Shown here: piece by piece, positions 1-9,121 of the stretch | Numbering within the stretch: position 1 is the first letter of the stretch | Layout: each line of letters begins with the position of its first letter | Assembly: GCA_913050325.1 (NCBI GenBank) | Contig: CAJWZP010000006.1 | Coordinates: 25,278 to 89,277, forward strand | Origin: an uncultured bacterium | Lineage (GTDB): Bacteria > Desulfobacterota_D > UBA1144 | Direction: 5' to 3' | DNA: 64,000 bases | Program-made: the position numbers and the translations under genes | The notes under the pieces: model-generated | Database searches by the model: none | The model's input: only the letters and a program-made list of their open reading frames with translations | What the model was told of the DNA's origin: nothing

Positions 1-1
1 A

Positions 2-793
2 GGGAATAAATGGATTGGTACTGGTGGAACATCTCCTTATGGTGCTTATGGTTCAAATCCTTTTGGTATTAGAATTGGTCAAGATGGCAATAGAAATTTT
101 TCTGCTGCTAAGGTTTGGGATGAAAGAAAATTTCAGAATCTTGATGATAGTATTGAAATAGGAACAAGAAACATCAAAGTAGCACTTAGAAAATTGAGAA
201 AATTTGCTAGGATTCAAGGAAATGAAGAACTTGATCTAGATCAAACTATAAAAAAAACAGCAGATAATGGTGGTTTTATTGATATTAAAACAAGACCAGA
301 GAAAAGAAATCAAATTAAAGTCTTGATTTTCTTTGATATTGGAGGCTCCATGGACCCACATATTAATTTATGTGAAGAACTTTTTTCTGCAGCTAAATAT
401 GAATTTAAAAATTTAGAATTTTATTATTTTCACAATTTTATATATGAAGGTGTTTGGAAAGATAATGATAGGCGTAATGAAACTATTAACCTTTATGACA
501 TAGTTAATAAGTATAGTAGTGATTATAAAGTTATATTTGTTGGTGATGCATCTATGGGAATATACGAAGTGACACATATTAATGGCTCAGTAGAGCACTA
601 TAATGAAAAACCAGGTGAACACTATTTCAAGATACTTAAAAGTCATTTCAATAAAATTGCATGGCTTAATCCAATAGAAATAGATGAATGGGATTATTCT
701 CAATCTATAGACTATATTAGATATTTATCTGAAAATAAAATGTTTCCACTAACTATTGATGGGATTAACAAAGCAGTCAAATTCTTAACCTAA
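2..793 (+). CDS. VWA-domain (CoxE-like) protein, 5' end outside window
   Basis: Frame is open from base 2 (GNKWIGTGGTSPYG...). MIDAS-like DIGGSM, plus YFHN, FVGDA and WLNP motifs typical of CoxE-like VWA proteins. Confidence 0.8.
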   Translation, partial: GNKWIGTGGTSPYGAYGSNPFGIRIGQDGNRNFSAAKVWDERKFQNLDDSIEIGTRNIKVALRKLRKFARIQGNEELDLDQTIKKTADNGGFIDIKTRPEKRNQIKVLIFFDIGGSMDPHINLCEELFSAAKYEFKNLEFYYFHNFIYEGVWKDNDRRNETINLYDIVNKYSSDYKVIFVGDASMGIYEVTHINGSVEHYNEKPGEHYFKILKSHFNKIAWLNPIEIDEWDYSQSIDYIRYLSENKMFPLTIDGINKAVKFLT

Positions 794-1162
794 TTATTTA
801 ATTAGCCTAATAAAAAAATAAATCGATAGAAAACCTAATACTAAATTTAAAGATAAATAAGTAAATGCTTTAATAAAATTTTTATCATTTATTAAATTAT
901 TAAACTCAAAGCTAAAAGTTGAGAACGTTGTTAATGAACCAAGATAACCAACAACAAAAAATTCTTTAATATTAGGTTTCAAATCTAGTTGAGATGAAAC
1001 ATAATAAAAAAAACCTAACAAAATCGATCCAATTATATTTACTAGAACTGTAGACATATATGGCTTTGAAGGTAGTTGATTTGCTACAGCATTGTTTGCC
1101 ATAAATCTTGTTATTGCTCCCAAAAAACCACCTAAACCAACAACTAAAAAAGTAAGAAACAT
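794..1162 (-). CDS. crcB: Fluoride channel FluC/CrcB
   Basis: GGFLGAITRF, VNIIGS and GYLGSLTTFSTF signatures; four hydrophobic segments. ATG at 1162 preferred over TTG at 1171. Confidence 0.93.
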   Translation of the reverse strand: MFLTFLVVGLGGFLGAITRFMANNAVANQLPSKPYMSTVLVNIIGSILLGFFYYVSSQLDLKPNIKEFFVVGYLGSLTTFSTFSFEFNNLINDKNFIKAFTYLSLNLVLGFLSIYFFIRLIK

Positions 1163-1198
1163 TAAAAACAAGATACATCAATTAAACATTTTTCAAAA

Positions 1199-2089
1199 TC
1201 AATTTATTAAAGTAACTGATATATCACTTATTTCCTTAGAAATTAAGATGTTTTGATTAACTACTAAATCATAAAACATATTAAAATCTACTGAAATATT
1301 TTTATCTTTTATAAGAGAATTATGACTGATGTAAAAATAAATAATTACAATATCTTGAATTTTATTAATATTAATCTTATCAAAAATTTTTAAGAATTTT
1401 TTTTGAAAATTTTTAATTAATGAACTAAATACCTTTATCCAATATTTTTTCTTTTCATTTTGATTCATAGATTTACTTTCTCTATAATAAGTTTTAATTT
1501 CACTTAAAAATTTATTATAAGTTTTTATGAAGATAATTTTATTAAATGGATTCAAATTCAACTCAAAACTATCATTTGTAAAAGAATGGATTATCCCATC
1601 ACTATATAATTTAATACCATTTTGTTTAAATTTTTTTTCGCAAATAATTGATACAGTCTTAAGAAAATATTTAACTTTTTTAGTTTCATTCTGGTCATAT
1701 TGATTAGTAAATATCATTAATCTCCAATACAATACAGCTCTTGAAATAATTTCAGATTCTACTGATAAATCAATTTTAGAATTCATATCCCAATCCTCTA
1801 ATGTATAAAACAGGAATCTTGGCTCTTTAGTTTCTAGAAAATCAATTAAAGCAGGAACATTTTTAGTGAATGGATTAGCTAAATTATTGGGATGGACAGA
1901 ACTATCTTTTCCCCACTTATATTTTTTTCTTCCTTTAGTAGAGGTTTTAGGTTGTATTCTCCATCCTAGATTAAAAGAACTTTTCTTATACTCAGCATTT
2001 GTTCCATATCTTTTGGCATGCTCCTCTTTATGATATTTTTCAAGTTCTTCTTTCATAATAGAGCCATTATAAAGTCTAAAAACAGTCAT
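1199..2089 (-). CDS. Hypothetical protein, paralogue A of an unrecognised family
   Basis: 296-aa ORF with clear by-eye similarity to 2091..3023 (GRKKYKWG, NPF, DFLETKEPRFLFYTLEDW, YWRL, YSDG). Confidence 0.85.
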   Translation of the reverse strand: MTVFRLYNGSIMKEELEKYHKEEHAKRYGTNAEYKKSSFNLGWRIQPKTSTKGRKKYKWGKDSSVHPNNLANPFTKNVPALIDFLETKEPRFLFYTLEDWDMNSKIDLSVESEIISRAVLYWRLMIFTNQYDQNETKKVKYFLKTVSIICEKKFKQNGIKLYSDGIIHSFTNDSFELNLNPFNKIIFIKTYNKFLSEIKTYYRESKSMNQNEKKKYWIKVFSSLIKNFQKKFLKIFDKININKIQDIVIIYFYISHNSLIKDKNISVDFNMFYDLVVNQNILISKEISDISVTLIN

Positions 2090-2090
2090 T

Positions 2091-3023
2091 TTAAATACTC
2101 ATCACCATTACATCATTTGTTTTAAATTTTTCAGGATTTTTATTTTTAAGAAGTTCTAGTTCTTTATAAATAGAATAAATTAATTTCCAATCGGTTATTA
2201 ATCCTTTTGATGGTTCTTTTTTATGAGGCTTAATAATATTATGTTTCCAAGATATATAAGAAGAAACAATTAAATCTAAATTTTGATAATTAAATGTTGA
2301 TTTTAACTGAACCATATCTGGAAGATCTTTTTTTGTAAAAATTGATTTTAAAGTCCTAATCCAATACGTTTCTTTTTTTTTGAGATTACTCTCATTAATA
2401 ATATCACGCTCATAAGGTAATAATTTTTCTTTAAATTGATTAAAGAAATCATAAAATTTCTTAGGCTCATCATTATTAAAAGATATATACGCTGAATTTC
2501 TATTTCTATTTTTATAAGAACGATCTTTTTGGATATTATATACATGAACCAAGCCGTCAGAGTATGGCCAAAAAGATTTTCTAGGCATTGTATCATCAAT
2601 TATCTTACTAGCAGTTTTTAAATAGAACTTAATTATTTTCTTTTCTTCATCATCTACAGATCCGGTCATTAGTCTTAATCTCCAATGTAATAAAGCCCTA
2701 CAAGCTAATTCTTCTTCTACGGGATTCAGTCTCTCTCTAAAGTTCCAATCTTCTAACATATAAAAAAAGAAACGAGTCTCCTTAGTTTCAACAAAATCTA
2801 CAAAAGATGGAACTTTACAAGTTAATGGGTTCACCACATTAGTAGGGAAAAGATTTTTATTAGATCCCCATCTGTATCTTTTTCTTCCTTCAAGATTTGT
2901 TCTGGGTTGAAAGAATAGCCTCTGCTGAGCATACTGCCCTTTCTTTCTCTTTATTTTTTTTGCATTTTTATCAAGCTCTTTCTTTTTTTCTTGAGATGCA
3001 ATCACTATTCCCATTATGGTCAT
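2091..3023 (-). CDS. Hypothetical protein, paralogue B of an unrecognised family
   Basis: 310-aa ORF with GRKRYRWG, NPL, DFVETKETRFFFYMLEDW, HWRL and YSDG; stop lies 1 nt before the ATG of paralogue A. Confidence 0.85.
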   Translation of the reverse strand: MTIMGIVIASQEKKKELDKNAKKIKRKKGQYAQQRLFFQPRTNLEGRKRYRWGSNKNLFPTNVVNPLTCKVPSFVDFVETKETRFFFYMLEDWNFRERLNPVEEELACRALLHWRLRLMTGSVDDEEKKIIKFYLKTASKIIDDTMPRKSFWPYSDGLVHVYNIQKDRSYKNRNRNSAYISFNNDEPKKFYDFFNQFKEKLLPYERDIINESNLKKKETYWIRTLKSIFTKKDLPDMVQLKSTFNYQNLDLIVSSYISWKHNIIKPHKKEPSKGLITDWKLIYSIYKELELLKNKNPEKFKTNDVMVMSI

Positions 3024-3058
3024 AGATTAATTTTAACATTTTTCAACAATTAAATTAA

Positions 3059-3439
3059 TTAAGACTTAATAAATTTTAATGAAGCAGAATTTATGCAATA
3101 CCTTAAGCCAGTCGGTCCTGGTCCATCATCAAATACATGTCCCAGGTGAGCACCGCAATTTTTACAAGAAACTTCAATTCTAATCATCATATGTGAGGAA
3201 TCTTCCTTTAAATCAATGGATTCTTTATTAAAACAATCGTAAAAACTAGGCCATCCAGTTCCAGAATCAAATTTAGTTTTTGAAGTAAACAATACAGTGT
3301 CACAGCATACACATTCATAAAGACCATCAAGTTTACAATCATATAAATCACCAGAAAAAGGTGGTTCAGTTCCAGCTTCTTGAGTAACATGATATTGAAC
3401 TGGTGAAAGTTTATTCTTTAAATCATCTTTTTTGTTCAT
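3059..3439 (-). CDS. msrB: Peptide-methionine (R)-S-oxide reductase MsrB
   Basis: GTEPPFSG, CxxC pairs, [27 protein letters not shown]. Confidence 0.97.
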   Translation of the reverse strand: MNKKDDLKNKLSPVQYHVTQEAGTEPPFSGDLYDCKLDGLYECVCCDTVLFTSKTKFDSGTGWPSFYDCFNKESIDLKEDSSHMMIRIEVSCKNCGAHLGHVFDDGPGPTGLRYCINSASLKFIKS

Positions 3440-3800
3440 TATTTAACTCCAAGTAATCAATGAAGAAATTAATAATATCATTAGATTCGTAAAGCCATTT
3501 ATTTTCATCATTATTGAATCGAAGGCATGGTACTTGCAATTTCCCACCTCCATTTATAAGTTCATTAGCAAAATCTTTATTTCTTCTAGCATCTTTAACC
3601 TTAATTATAATATTATTCTTTTTCATAAACCTTCTGACTTTTACACAAAATGGACAAGCTCTAAATTCATATATTTCCATTTTTTTTACTTTATTTTGGA
3701 TAAATTCAAGCTTTTCAGAACTGAAATTTAGAGGCTTTGGAGAGGTAAGCCAATCGAAAAAGAGAATTATTTTTCCTAAAACAAACCTTATAATATTCAT
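3423..3800 (-). CDS. Glutaredoxin-like / GST N-terminal domain protein
   Basis: CPFC active site, GGKLQVPCL and WLYESNDII motifs; amphipathic N-terminal segment. Confidence 0.88.
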   Translation of the reverse strand: MNIIRFVLGKIILFFDWLTSPKPLNFSSEKLEFIQNKVKKMEIYEFRACPFCVKVRRFMKKNNIIIKVKDARRNKDFANELINGGGKLQVPCLRFNNDENKWLYESNDIINFFIDYLELNNEQKR

Positions 3801-4213
3801 TTATCTTTCCCCGGGAAAGAGCTTAATGCTTGCCCTACACTTTCCAATAAAGACTTTGCAACCTCAGATTTCTCATCTCCATTAATAATAATATTTCTCC
3901 AAGAACTTATGACATCAGAAAAAATATTTTCTGTTAATGGGTTACATATATCAAATGAAGCTTCAGAGTTCCAGGTCTCTAGAGCAAGAAGGAAATATCC
4001 TGGTAATTTTTTATTGAAAAATTTCGCAAGGTATGGATTTTTTCTTGCAAATTCTTGCCATTCTTTGATTTCCATTGTCCTTATATTTTCTGGAAATAAA
4101 TCAGCCCTGTCATAATATTTATACTTTTTCATATGCAGTTCAGCATCAGTTTCATTAATCATTGTTCTACCAATGACTGCAACACTAGAACCACCTGTAC
4201 ATTCTCGACTCAT
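3797..4213 (-). CDS. Hypothetical protein, short paralogue C of the unrecognised family
   Basis: 138 aa with KKYKY...LFPEN, FFNKKLPGYFLLALETWN, ISSWRN, AKSLLESV; ATGA overlap with the glutaredoxin gene. Confidence 0.75.
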   Translation of the reverse strand: MSRECTGGSSVAVIGRTMINETDAELHMKKYKYYDRADLFPENIRTMEIKEWQEFARKNPYLAKFFNKKLPGYFLLALETWNSEASFDICNPLTENIFSDVISSWRNIIINGDEKSEVAKSLLESVGQALSSFPGKDK

Positions 4214-4330
4214 AATATTTATAGGTTATTATAACTACTGTTATGATTCAAGATACTATATTTTATTATTTCACAATAACATGCATCTTAATGGTAGTTA
4301 TTATAATTTATCTAGTGAAAAGGAAATAAT

Positions 4331-4747
4331 ATGTGGAAGTGTAAACATACTTGGAAAAAATCATCAATTAATACAATGTGGTGCTTAATAGGATGCTCTA
4401 TTGGAGATTTAGGAACAATTTTTTATTTTCAAAATATAGAACATTCCCTTTCAATTATGAATGTAATGATTATTGCAATTTTAGCAGGCTTAACAACTAG
4501 CATTATTCTTGAAACAATAATACTATTAAAGGATTTTAAATTTTTGCAATCTTTAAAAATTGCTCTTGGTATGAGCCTAATTAGCATGATTGGAATGGAA
4601 ATAGCAATGAATTCAGTGGACTTTATTCTAAATGGTAAGGCTGTTATAAATATTCAAACCATCGGTCCAGTTCTTTTAGCTGGATTTTTAACACCACTAC
4701 CATATAACTATTGGAGACTTAAAAAGTTTGGAATTTCTTGTCATTAA
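4331..4747 (+). CDS. DUF4396-like membrane protein
   Basis: T-x-x-CLIGCSIGD, GMSLISMIGMEIAMN and AGFLTPLPYNYWRLKK..CH patterns; AAGGA RBS upstream. Confidence 0.75.
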   Translation: MWKCKHTWKKSSINTMWCLIGCSIGDLGTIFYFQNIEHSLSIMNVMIIAILAGLTTSIILETIILLKDFKFLQSLKIALGMSLISMIGMEIAMNSVDFILNGKAVINIQTIGPVLLAGFLTPLPYNYWRLKKFGISCH

Positions 4748-4755
4748 TAAAATAA

Positions 4756-5346
4756 TTAGGCACTTTTCATTTCACGATACTTTCTTTCTTCTTCAGTAAA
4801 AGCACCATCAGCTACTGGAATTATAGAAGGAATCAAGGCACCACCTAATCTTAAAAAACATTTCTCCAGATAACTTTGGGCTTCTCCAGCATTAAAAGCA
4901 GCTCTTTTAAAAGTTAAATATGACCTCCAGTAATTTATAGTAGACCATACAACTGTAGGAGGTGTTACTTTATCTAATAATTCGTTATAAGTCCCAATAT
5001 GTGCCATAGAAAGAATTGTTATATCAATTATTTCGTCACCTTGCATTGTATTGGGATCCCAAGATTCAGGATCTTCAATAACCCTACCCTGCAATAAAGA
5101 GATATCATGCATAACGGCTTCTATTAATTTATTAGGATCTTTAGTGGTTAAATATTCTTCTAAGCAATCATAAGCAACTAATTTAAAAGGATTATGACTG
5201 TGATAACCTTCACCTTTCTCACTTGTCATTTGGACATTACCTTTCATTTTAGGTCTAAATAATGTCTTATCAAGTAAACCATCGGGATATATAGATTGAA
5301 CTATTGTTTCTTCTGCTTTTTTTTCTTTAAAATCAATACCTTGCAT
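4756..5346 (-). CDS. Hypothetical protein, paralogue D of the unrecognised family
   Basis: 196 aa with NPF...LEEYLTTKDPNKL, INYWRS and AQSYLEK; TATAAT 7 nt before the ATG. Confidence 0.75.
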   Translation of the reverse strand: MQGIDFKEKKAEETIVQSIYPDGLLDKTLFRPKMKGNVQMTSEKGEGYHSHNPFKLVAYDCLEEYLTTKDPNKLIEAVMHDISLLQGRVIEDPESWDPNTMQGDEIIDITILSMAHIGTYNELLDKVTPPTVVWSTINYWRSYLTFKRAAFNAGEAQSYLEKCFLRLGGALIPSIIPVADGAFTEEERKYREMKSA

Positions 5347-5412
5347 AGAGTTTATTATACCGACATTTAATTTAAATCAAATAAAATTAACAATATTAAT
5401 TATAATAAGTAT

Positions 5413-5496
5413 ATGGATAAAAAAATTTTTGGGTTCATATTCCTGTCAACTTTTATAGTTATGATGTATTTTTTGTATAAAATAGTTATTCATTAG
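5413..5496 (+). CDS. Putative 27-aa single-TM small protein (MDKKIFGFIFLSTFIVMMYFLYKIVIH)
   Basis: Hand translation; TATAAT at 5401-5406 sits 6 nt before the ATG; fills the gap and stops 2 nt before the convergent gene. Confidence 0.45.
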   Translation: MDKKIFGFIFLSTFIVMMYFLYKIVIH

Positions 5497-5498
5497 AA

Positions 5499-5777
5499 TT
5501 AATTACTACCATTCCAGAAGCTTTTTAATTCTTTTATTAGTATTTTTCTGCCATCTTTGGTTTTTAATAGTGTTATGGATCGCCTGAAGCTATTATAGTA
5601 ATTTTTCAATTTCAATCTTCCATCGCTGGATGAACTCAAATATATTCCATATATTAAAAAAAAGGGAAGCAATAAAGGTATGCCCATAGGCATAGCTAAA
5701 ATAAATATAAAAATTCTATTTAGAATTTTTTTAAATTTTGAATAAAAATTTTTAAAGTTCGAATTCAAGCTGGTCAT
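5499..5777 (-). CDS. Small hypothetical membrane protein
   Basis: 92 aa with one long hydrophobic stretch and basic flanks; start overlaps the end of the upstream gene. Confidence 0.55.
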   Translation of the reverse strand: MTSLNSNFKNFYSKFKKILNRIFIFILAMPMGIPLLLPFFLIYGIYLSSSSDGRLKLKNYYNSFRRSITLLKTKDGRKILIKELKSFWNGSN

Positions 5778-6519
5778 TTGGATTTTTTACACCTAATTTT
5801 TTATCGGAAGAAATTTTTTTATTAAAAGATCCTAAATCATTTTTGAACATGGAACATATATGATCATTCTTTTTAAGCCAATTTTCATACTTAATATATT
5901 CCGGCATCATTTTTTCTACCTCAATCCAATAATCACTTGAATGATTTGGATGAACAATGTGAGCTAACTCATGAACAACCAAATATGAAATCACTTCATG
6001 TGGAACTAATATTGATCGCCAACTGAAATTTAGAACACCATTCCCTGAGCAGGATCCCCACTGAGAATGTGCATCACGAATTTTTATTTTTGTATAATTG
6101 ATATTATATAATTTTGAAAATCTATTAGCTAAATCTAAAATATAAGTTCTAGCATTTTCTTTATACCAGTCTATAAATACTTTGTTTGCTACTTTCAAAA
6201 AAGATTTAGAAAGAAAAAAGGTTCCATCAACATACTTTAGTGGAATAGATTTATTTTCTACAATTTTGAGAGGTCTCTGTTTTCCTAAGTATAGGAACTT
6301 CTCACCTTCTTCATATTTTTTATGCAAGTCATTTAAATATTTTGCCTTTGTAATTTGCTGAGTTCTAAGTAAGTAAAATTTTTTTTCTTCCAGAAATTTT
6401 TCTATATTCTCATTTGTCTCTTCAATAGGAGCGCGAACAATTATATATCCCTCGACAGAAATTTGAATTTCAAGTGATTTTCTATCAGACCTAATGATTT
6501 GATCAACTTTAATTGACAT
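5752..6519 (-). CDS. YgjP-like (DUF45) zinc metallohydrolase
   Basis: RSDRKSL, WGSCS and YLVVHELAH (HExxH)...NHS motifs; ATG at 6519 follows an extended -10 TGTTATAGT. Confidence 0.88.
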   Translation of the reverse strand: MSIKVDQIIRSDRKSLEIQISVEGYIIVRAPIEETNENIEKFLEEKKFYLLRTQQITKAKYLNDLHKKYEEGEKFLYLGKQRPLKIVENKSIPLKYVDGTFFLSKSFLKVANKVFIDWYKENARTYILDLANRFSKLYNINYTKIKIRDAHSQWGSCSGNGVLNFSWRSILVPHEVISYLVVHELAHIVHPNHSSDYWIEVEKMMPEYIKYENWLKKNDHICSMFKNDLGSFNKKISSDKKLGVKNPNDQLEFEL

Positions 6520-6573
6520 TTTATGGCTACTATAACACATAAAAAAATAAAAATTAACAATAATTTTAAGTAT

Positions 6574-6876
6574 TTATGAAACTATTATAAAAATAACTGT
6601 CATAAATGAACCAAAGACCAATCCAACTATTCCGGCAGCCAGTAATTCTGTTTGAGTTTTTGTCAAAGGTGGTGGTTTCGGAAAGGAATCTGAATCTAAG
6701 AATTCAAATAAACCAATATGAGCAAGAATGATTTTAGTTGGTATTGCAAATGCGACACTCAACATAATCATTTTTCCCCACATAGGAACAGTTTCATAAA
6801 AAACAGGCTCTTCTGCTAATGCTGAAATATTTATCAAAAAAGAAAAAATTAAAAAATTAATAATAAAAACTCTCAT
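6574..6876 (-). CDS. Hypothetical membrane protein with signal-peptide-like N-terminus
   Basis: Hydrophobic N-terminus ending ALA-EE, followed by two further hydrophobic segments. Confidence 0.6.
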   Translation of the reverse strand: MRVFIINFLIFSFLINISALAEEPVFYETVPMWGKMIMLSVAFAIPTKIILAHIGLFEFLDSDSFPKPPPLTKTQTELLAAGIVGLVFGSFMTVIFIIVS

Positions 6877-6919
6877 ACAACACATTGAATTATAATAATA
6901 AATATAGGAAAATCAATAT

Positions 6920-7666
6920 ATGCCAGCTTGCTATTTACAGGTTTATGAAAACCTTGAAAAATCTTCAAAGAATAAAGAATATTGGAGAGAATATACATCA
7001 TTTTATGAGAGTTATTGGGGAGGTCCTACTTCACCTTATGGTATTTGGTTTGGAAGCGAATATGAAAACTTTGAGAAATCTTTAGCTGATCATTTAAACA
7101 TGGAAATTAAAGACTTGAAACAATGTTTATTTATAAAAGAAAATGACGAGTACTATATATGTCCATCTGATTTAAATGAAAATAGGCAAAACTATTCATT
7201 TTTAGTAAATAATCTGGTTCCAATCCATTGGCTCATGTTATTTAATGAAAATCAAAAAAAAGTTTTTAAGACTCATTGGGGATTTGGTGCTATTCATTAC
7301 ACAAGCACAATAATTGATAGTTTATCGTCTATTAATGAATTTTTTAATTTAAATATAAATCAAAATAAAAATGAAAAATTCACAGAGAATTTTAAAAATA
7401 TATTGGCTGACCTGAAAGATACAGAAAACTGGCTAACTGGATTTGATAAAGATAGTATTTTAATACTTAACTTTGGAGATTTATTAGCAAGCCTGCCTCA
7501 AAACAGTTTAGATAAAGAGGATTCAGTGAGTATATTAAATGATATTAAAGAACTTATTAAAGAAGAATCTTATAATGAAGCGGAAAAAGTTTTTAATTTT
7601 TTAATTGAAAGATGGTCAAAAATTGAATTTGTAAATCAAAAAAATGAAAGTAATTTAGATAATTAA
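6920..7666 (+). CDS. Conserved hypothetical protein resembling an actinobacterial unknown family
   Basis: 248 aa; AGGA RBS; YLQVYENL, YICP, VPIHW, WLTGFDKDSILILNFGDL and LIERW motifs. Confidence 0.8.
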   Translation: MPACYLQVYENLEKSSKNKEYWREYTSFYESYWGGPTSPYGIWFGSEYENFEKSLADHLNMEIKDLKQCLFIKENDEYYICPSDLNENRQNYSFLVNNLVPIHWLMLFNENQKKVFKTHWGFGAIHYTSTIIDSLSSINEFFNLNINQNKNEKFTENFKNILADLKDTENWLTGFDKDSILILNFGDLLASLPQNSLDKEDSVSILNDIKELIKEESYNEAEKVFNFLIERWSKIEFVNQKNESNLDN

Positions 7667-7668
7667 TT

Positions 7669-8367
7669 TTATTTCTTTCCGAGTACTTTTTTTTCAATCC
7701 ATTTCATTGGTATTAATTTGGGTGGAACTAGTAATTGGTTTTTATCTTTAACAAAGTCATTCTTGTATTCTAAACTCCATTTATAACTTAAGAAATATTG
7801 AGTAATTTTCAGAGTTAACTCTTTTATAGTTCTAATTGATGACCACTCTTCTATCTTGTTTTCCAAAGGAATTATTTTAGCCTTTGAAGGGTTAAACAGT
7901 GTTCTTAGAGCAAAGTTCATCTCCATTTCATTTTGCGGTTTCAATTCCTTTTTCATATCAGAAATCATTTTATATATATATTTATATGTTCCTACAACAT
8001 GCTCATTACTAAATGGAAGCTTTCTTCTTTTTTTATTTGGATAATCATGTCCTCTCATTCCCTCTGCAAATTTAATTATATTTTGTTTATCCTCTGGATA
8101 AGGATATTTTGCTTGAAGGGACCATGCTATAATCTGGTATCTAATTGTCGGGTGATCAAGGACAATTGGATGCTCTTTTATAGCTAATGCCAAATGTAAT
8201 GGATTCTTTGTTTTCTGAAAATCTCTGAAATACTTACAGAAAAAGAGCCAAGATAAAATACCTGTCTTGCCTTCATGTACTCTTTCAACAAAATTTTTAA
8301 TCTCTTTGAAAAAATCATCACTTAAAATAACTGAATCTATCCATGGATCTTCCTTTATTTTTCCCAT
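7669..8367 (-). CDS. Hypothetical protein, probable paralogue E of the unrecognised family
   Basis: 232 aa with DFQKTKNPLHLALAI, IIAWS, PFSNE and KITQYFLSYKW. Confidence 0.75.
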   Translation of the reverse strand: MGKIKEDPWIDSVILSDDFFKEIKNFVERVHEGKTGILSWLFFCKYFRDFQKTKNPLHLALAIKEHPIVLDHPTIRYQIIAWSLQAKYPYPEDKQNIIKFAEGMRGHDYPNKKRRKLPFSNEHVVGTYKYIYKMISDMKKELKPQNEMEMNFALRTLFNPSKAKIIPLENKIEEWSSIRTIKELTLKITQYFLSYKWSLEYKNDFVKDKNQLLVPPKLIPMKWIEKKVLGKK

Positions 8368-8386
8368 TTTATTATCAACCCCATTG

Positions 8387-9121
8387 CTAAATCAATTTCA
8401 TTCTCATGGAAATTGACTGGTAAGTAGTTCTATATTTGTTTGCCAAAATATGCATTACTATTTTATCTATAGAATTGACCTCATGTAAAGGTCTGGAAGC
8501 AATAACACCGGAGTATGGCATTGAGGATTTTTGATAAATTATAGCAAAGTTGCATAAAGCCTCATCAATTAATAAAGTATTGACATGATTGGAAAGCATT
8601 ATGACACCTTTATTAGTTTTTTTTGCGCTTTCTAAGAAAAATGGATAATATTTATTGAAAAATTTTTCTATTTTGTTCTTTAATGAAGTAAATTCGGATA
8701 ATAACTTTTTATCAGTAGGTGATTTGTCTGCATCAGGTCCATAATAAACCAACTTAGAAAGTGACCCAGAGGATGCTGCTTCAAAAATGGATTTGAGCCA
8801 ATTTTTTGCTTCTGACCATCTGTCAAAGTTTTTCTTGGATGATAATAATGTATGAGCAGATTCAAGTTCATTTAATACAGATTGTAGTAAATTAATTACA
8901 ATTTTAATTAATGACTCACGTTCAAGCGTTAGTTCATCTTTCCATCCTTTAACATAGCTTTCGTCATATAATATTCTAGGTTCAAGTTTTATTTGTTCTA
9001 CAATGTTTTCAAGCAAATCAACTTCTTTTAAAATATCTGGATAATATTTATCTTTAAAATACTCTACACTTAACGAAATATCATCAATATTACTGACTTT
9101 AGTAAATAATTTATTTTTCAT
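8387..9121 (-). CDS. Hypothetical protein, possible paralogue F of the unrecognised family
   Basis: 244 aa; ATGA overlap with the fumC stop; AKNWLKSI and KIVMHILANKY. Confidence 0.7.
   Translation of the reverse strand: MKNKLFTKVSNIDDISLSVEYFKDKYYPDILKEVDLLENIVEQIKLEPRILYDESYVKGWKDELTLERESLIKIVINLLQSVLNELESAHTLLSSKKNFDRWSEAKNWLKSIFEAASSGSLSKLVYYGPDADKSPTDKKLLSEFTSLKNKIEKFFNKYYPFFLESAKKTNKGVIMLSNHVNTLLIDEALCNFAIIYQKSSMPYSGVIASRPLHEVNSIDKIVMHILANKYRTTYQSISMRMKLI

Noticed and set aside
1163-1198. Fluoride riboswitch upstream of crcB
   Set aside because: Only about 30 nt of AT-rich gap and no GGCGATGG-type core.
1185-3046. Repeated 12-mer AACATTTTTCAA at 1185 and 3035, upstream of crcB and of paralogue B
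   Set aside because: Only two copies of a very AT-rich word; cannot be distinguished from chance or ordinary promoter sequence.
1199-9121. Paralogue cluster as a prophage, genomic island or defence island
   Set aside because: No integrase, transposase, structural, nuclease or NTPase motifs; no att repeats or flanking tRNA; interleaved with housekeeping genes and no obvious compositional shift.
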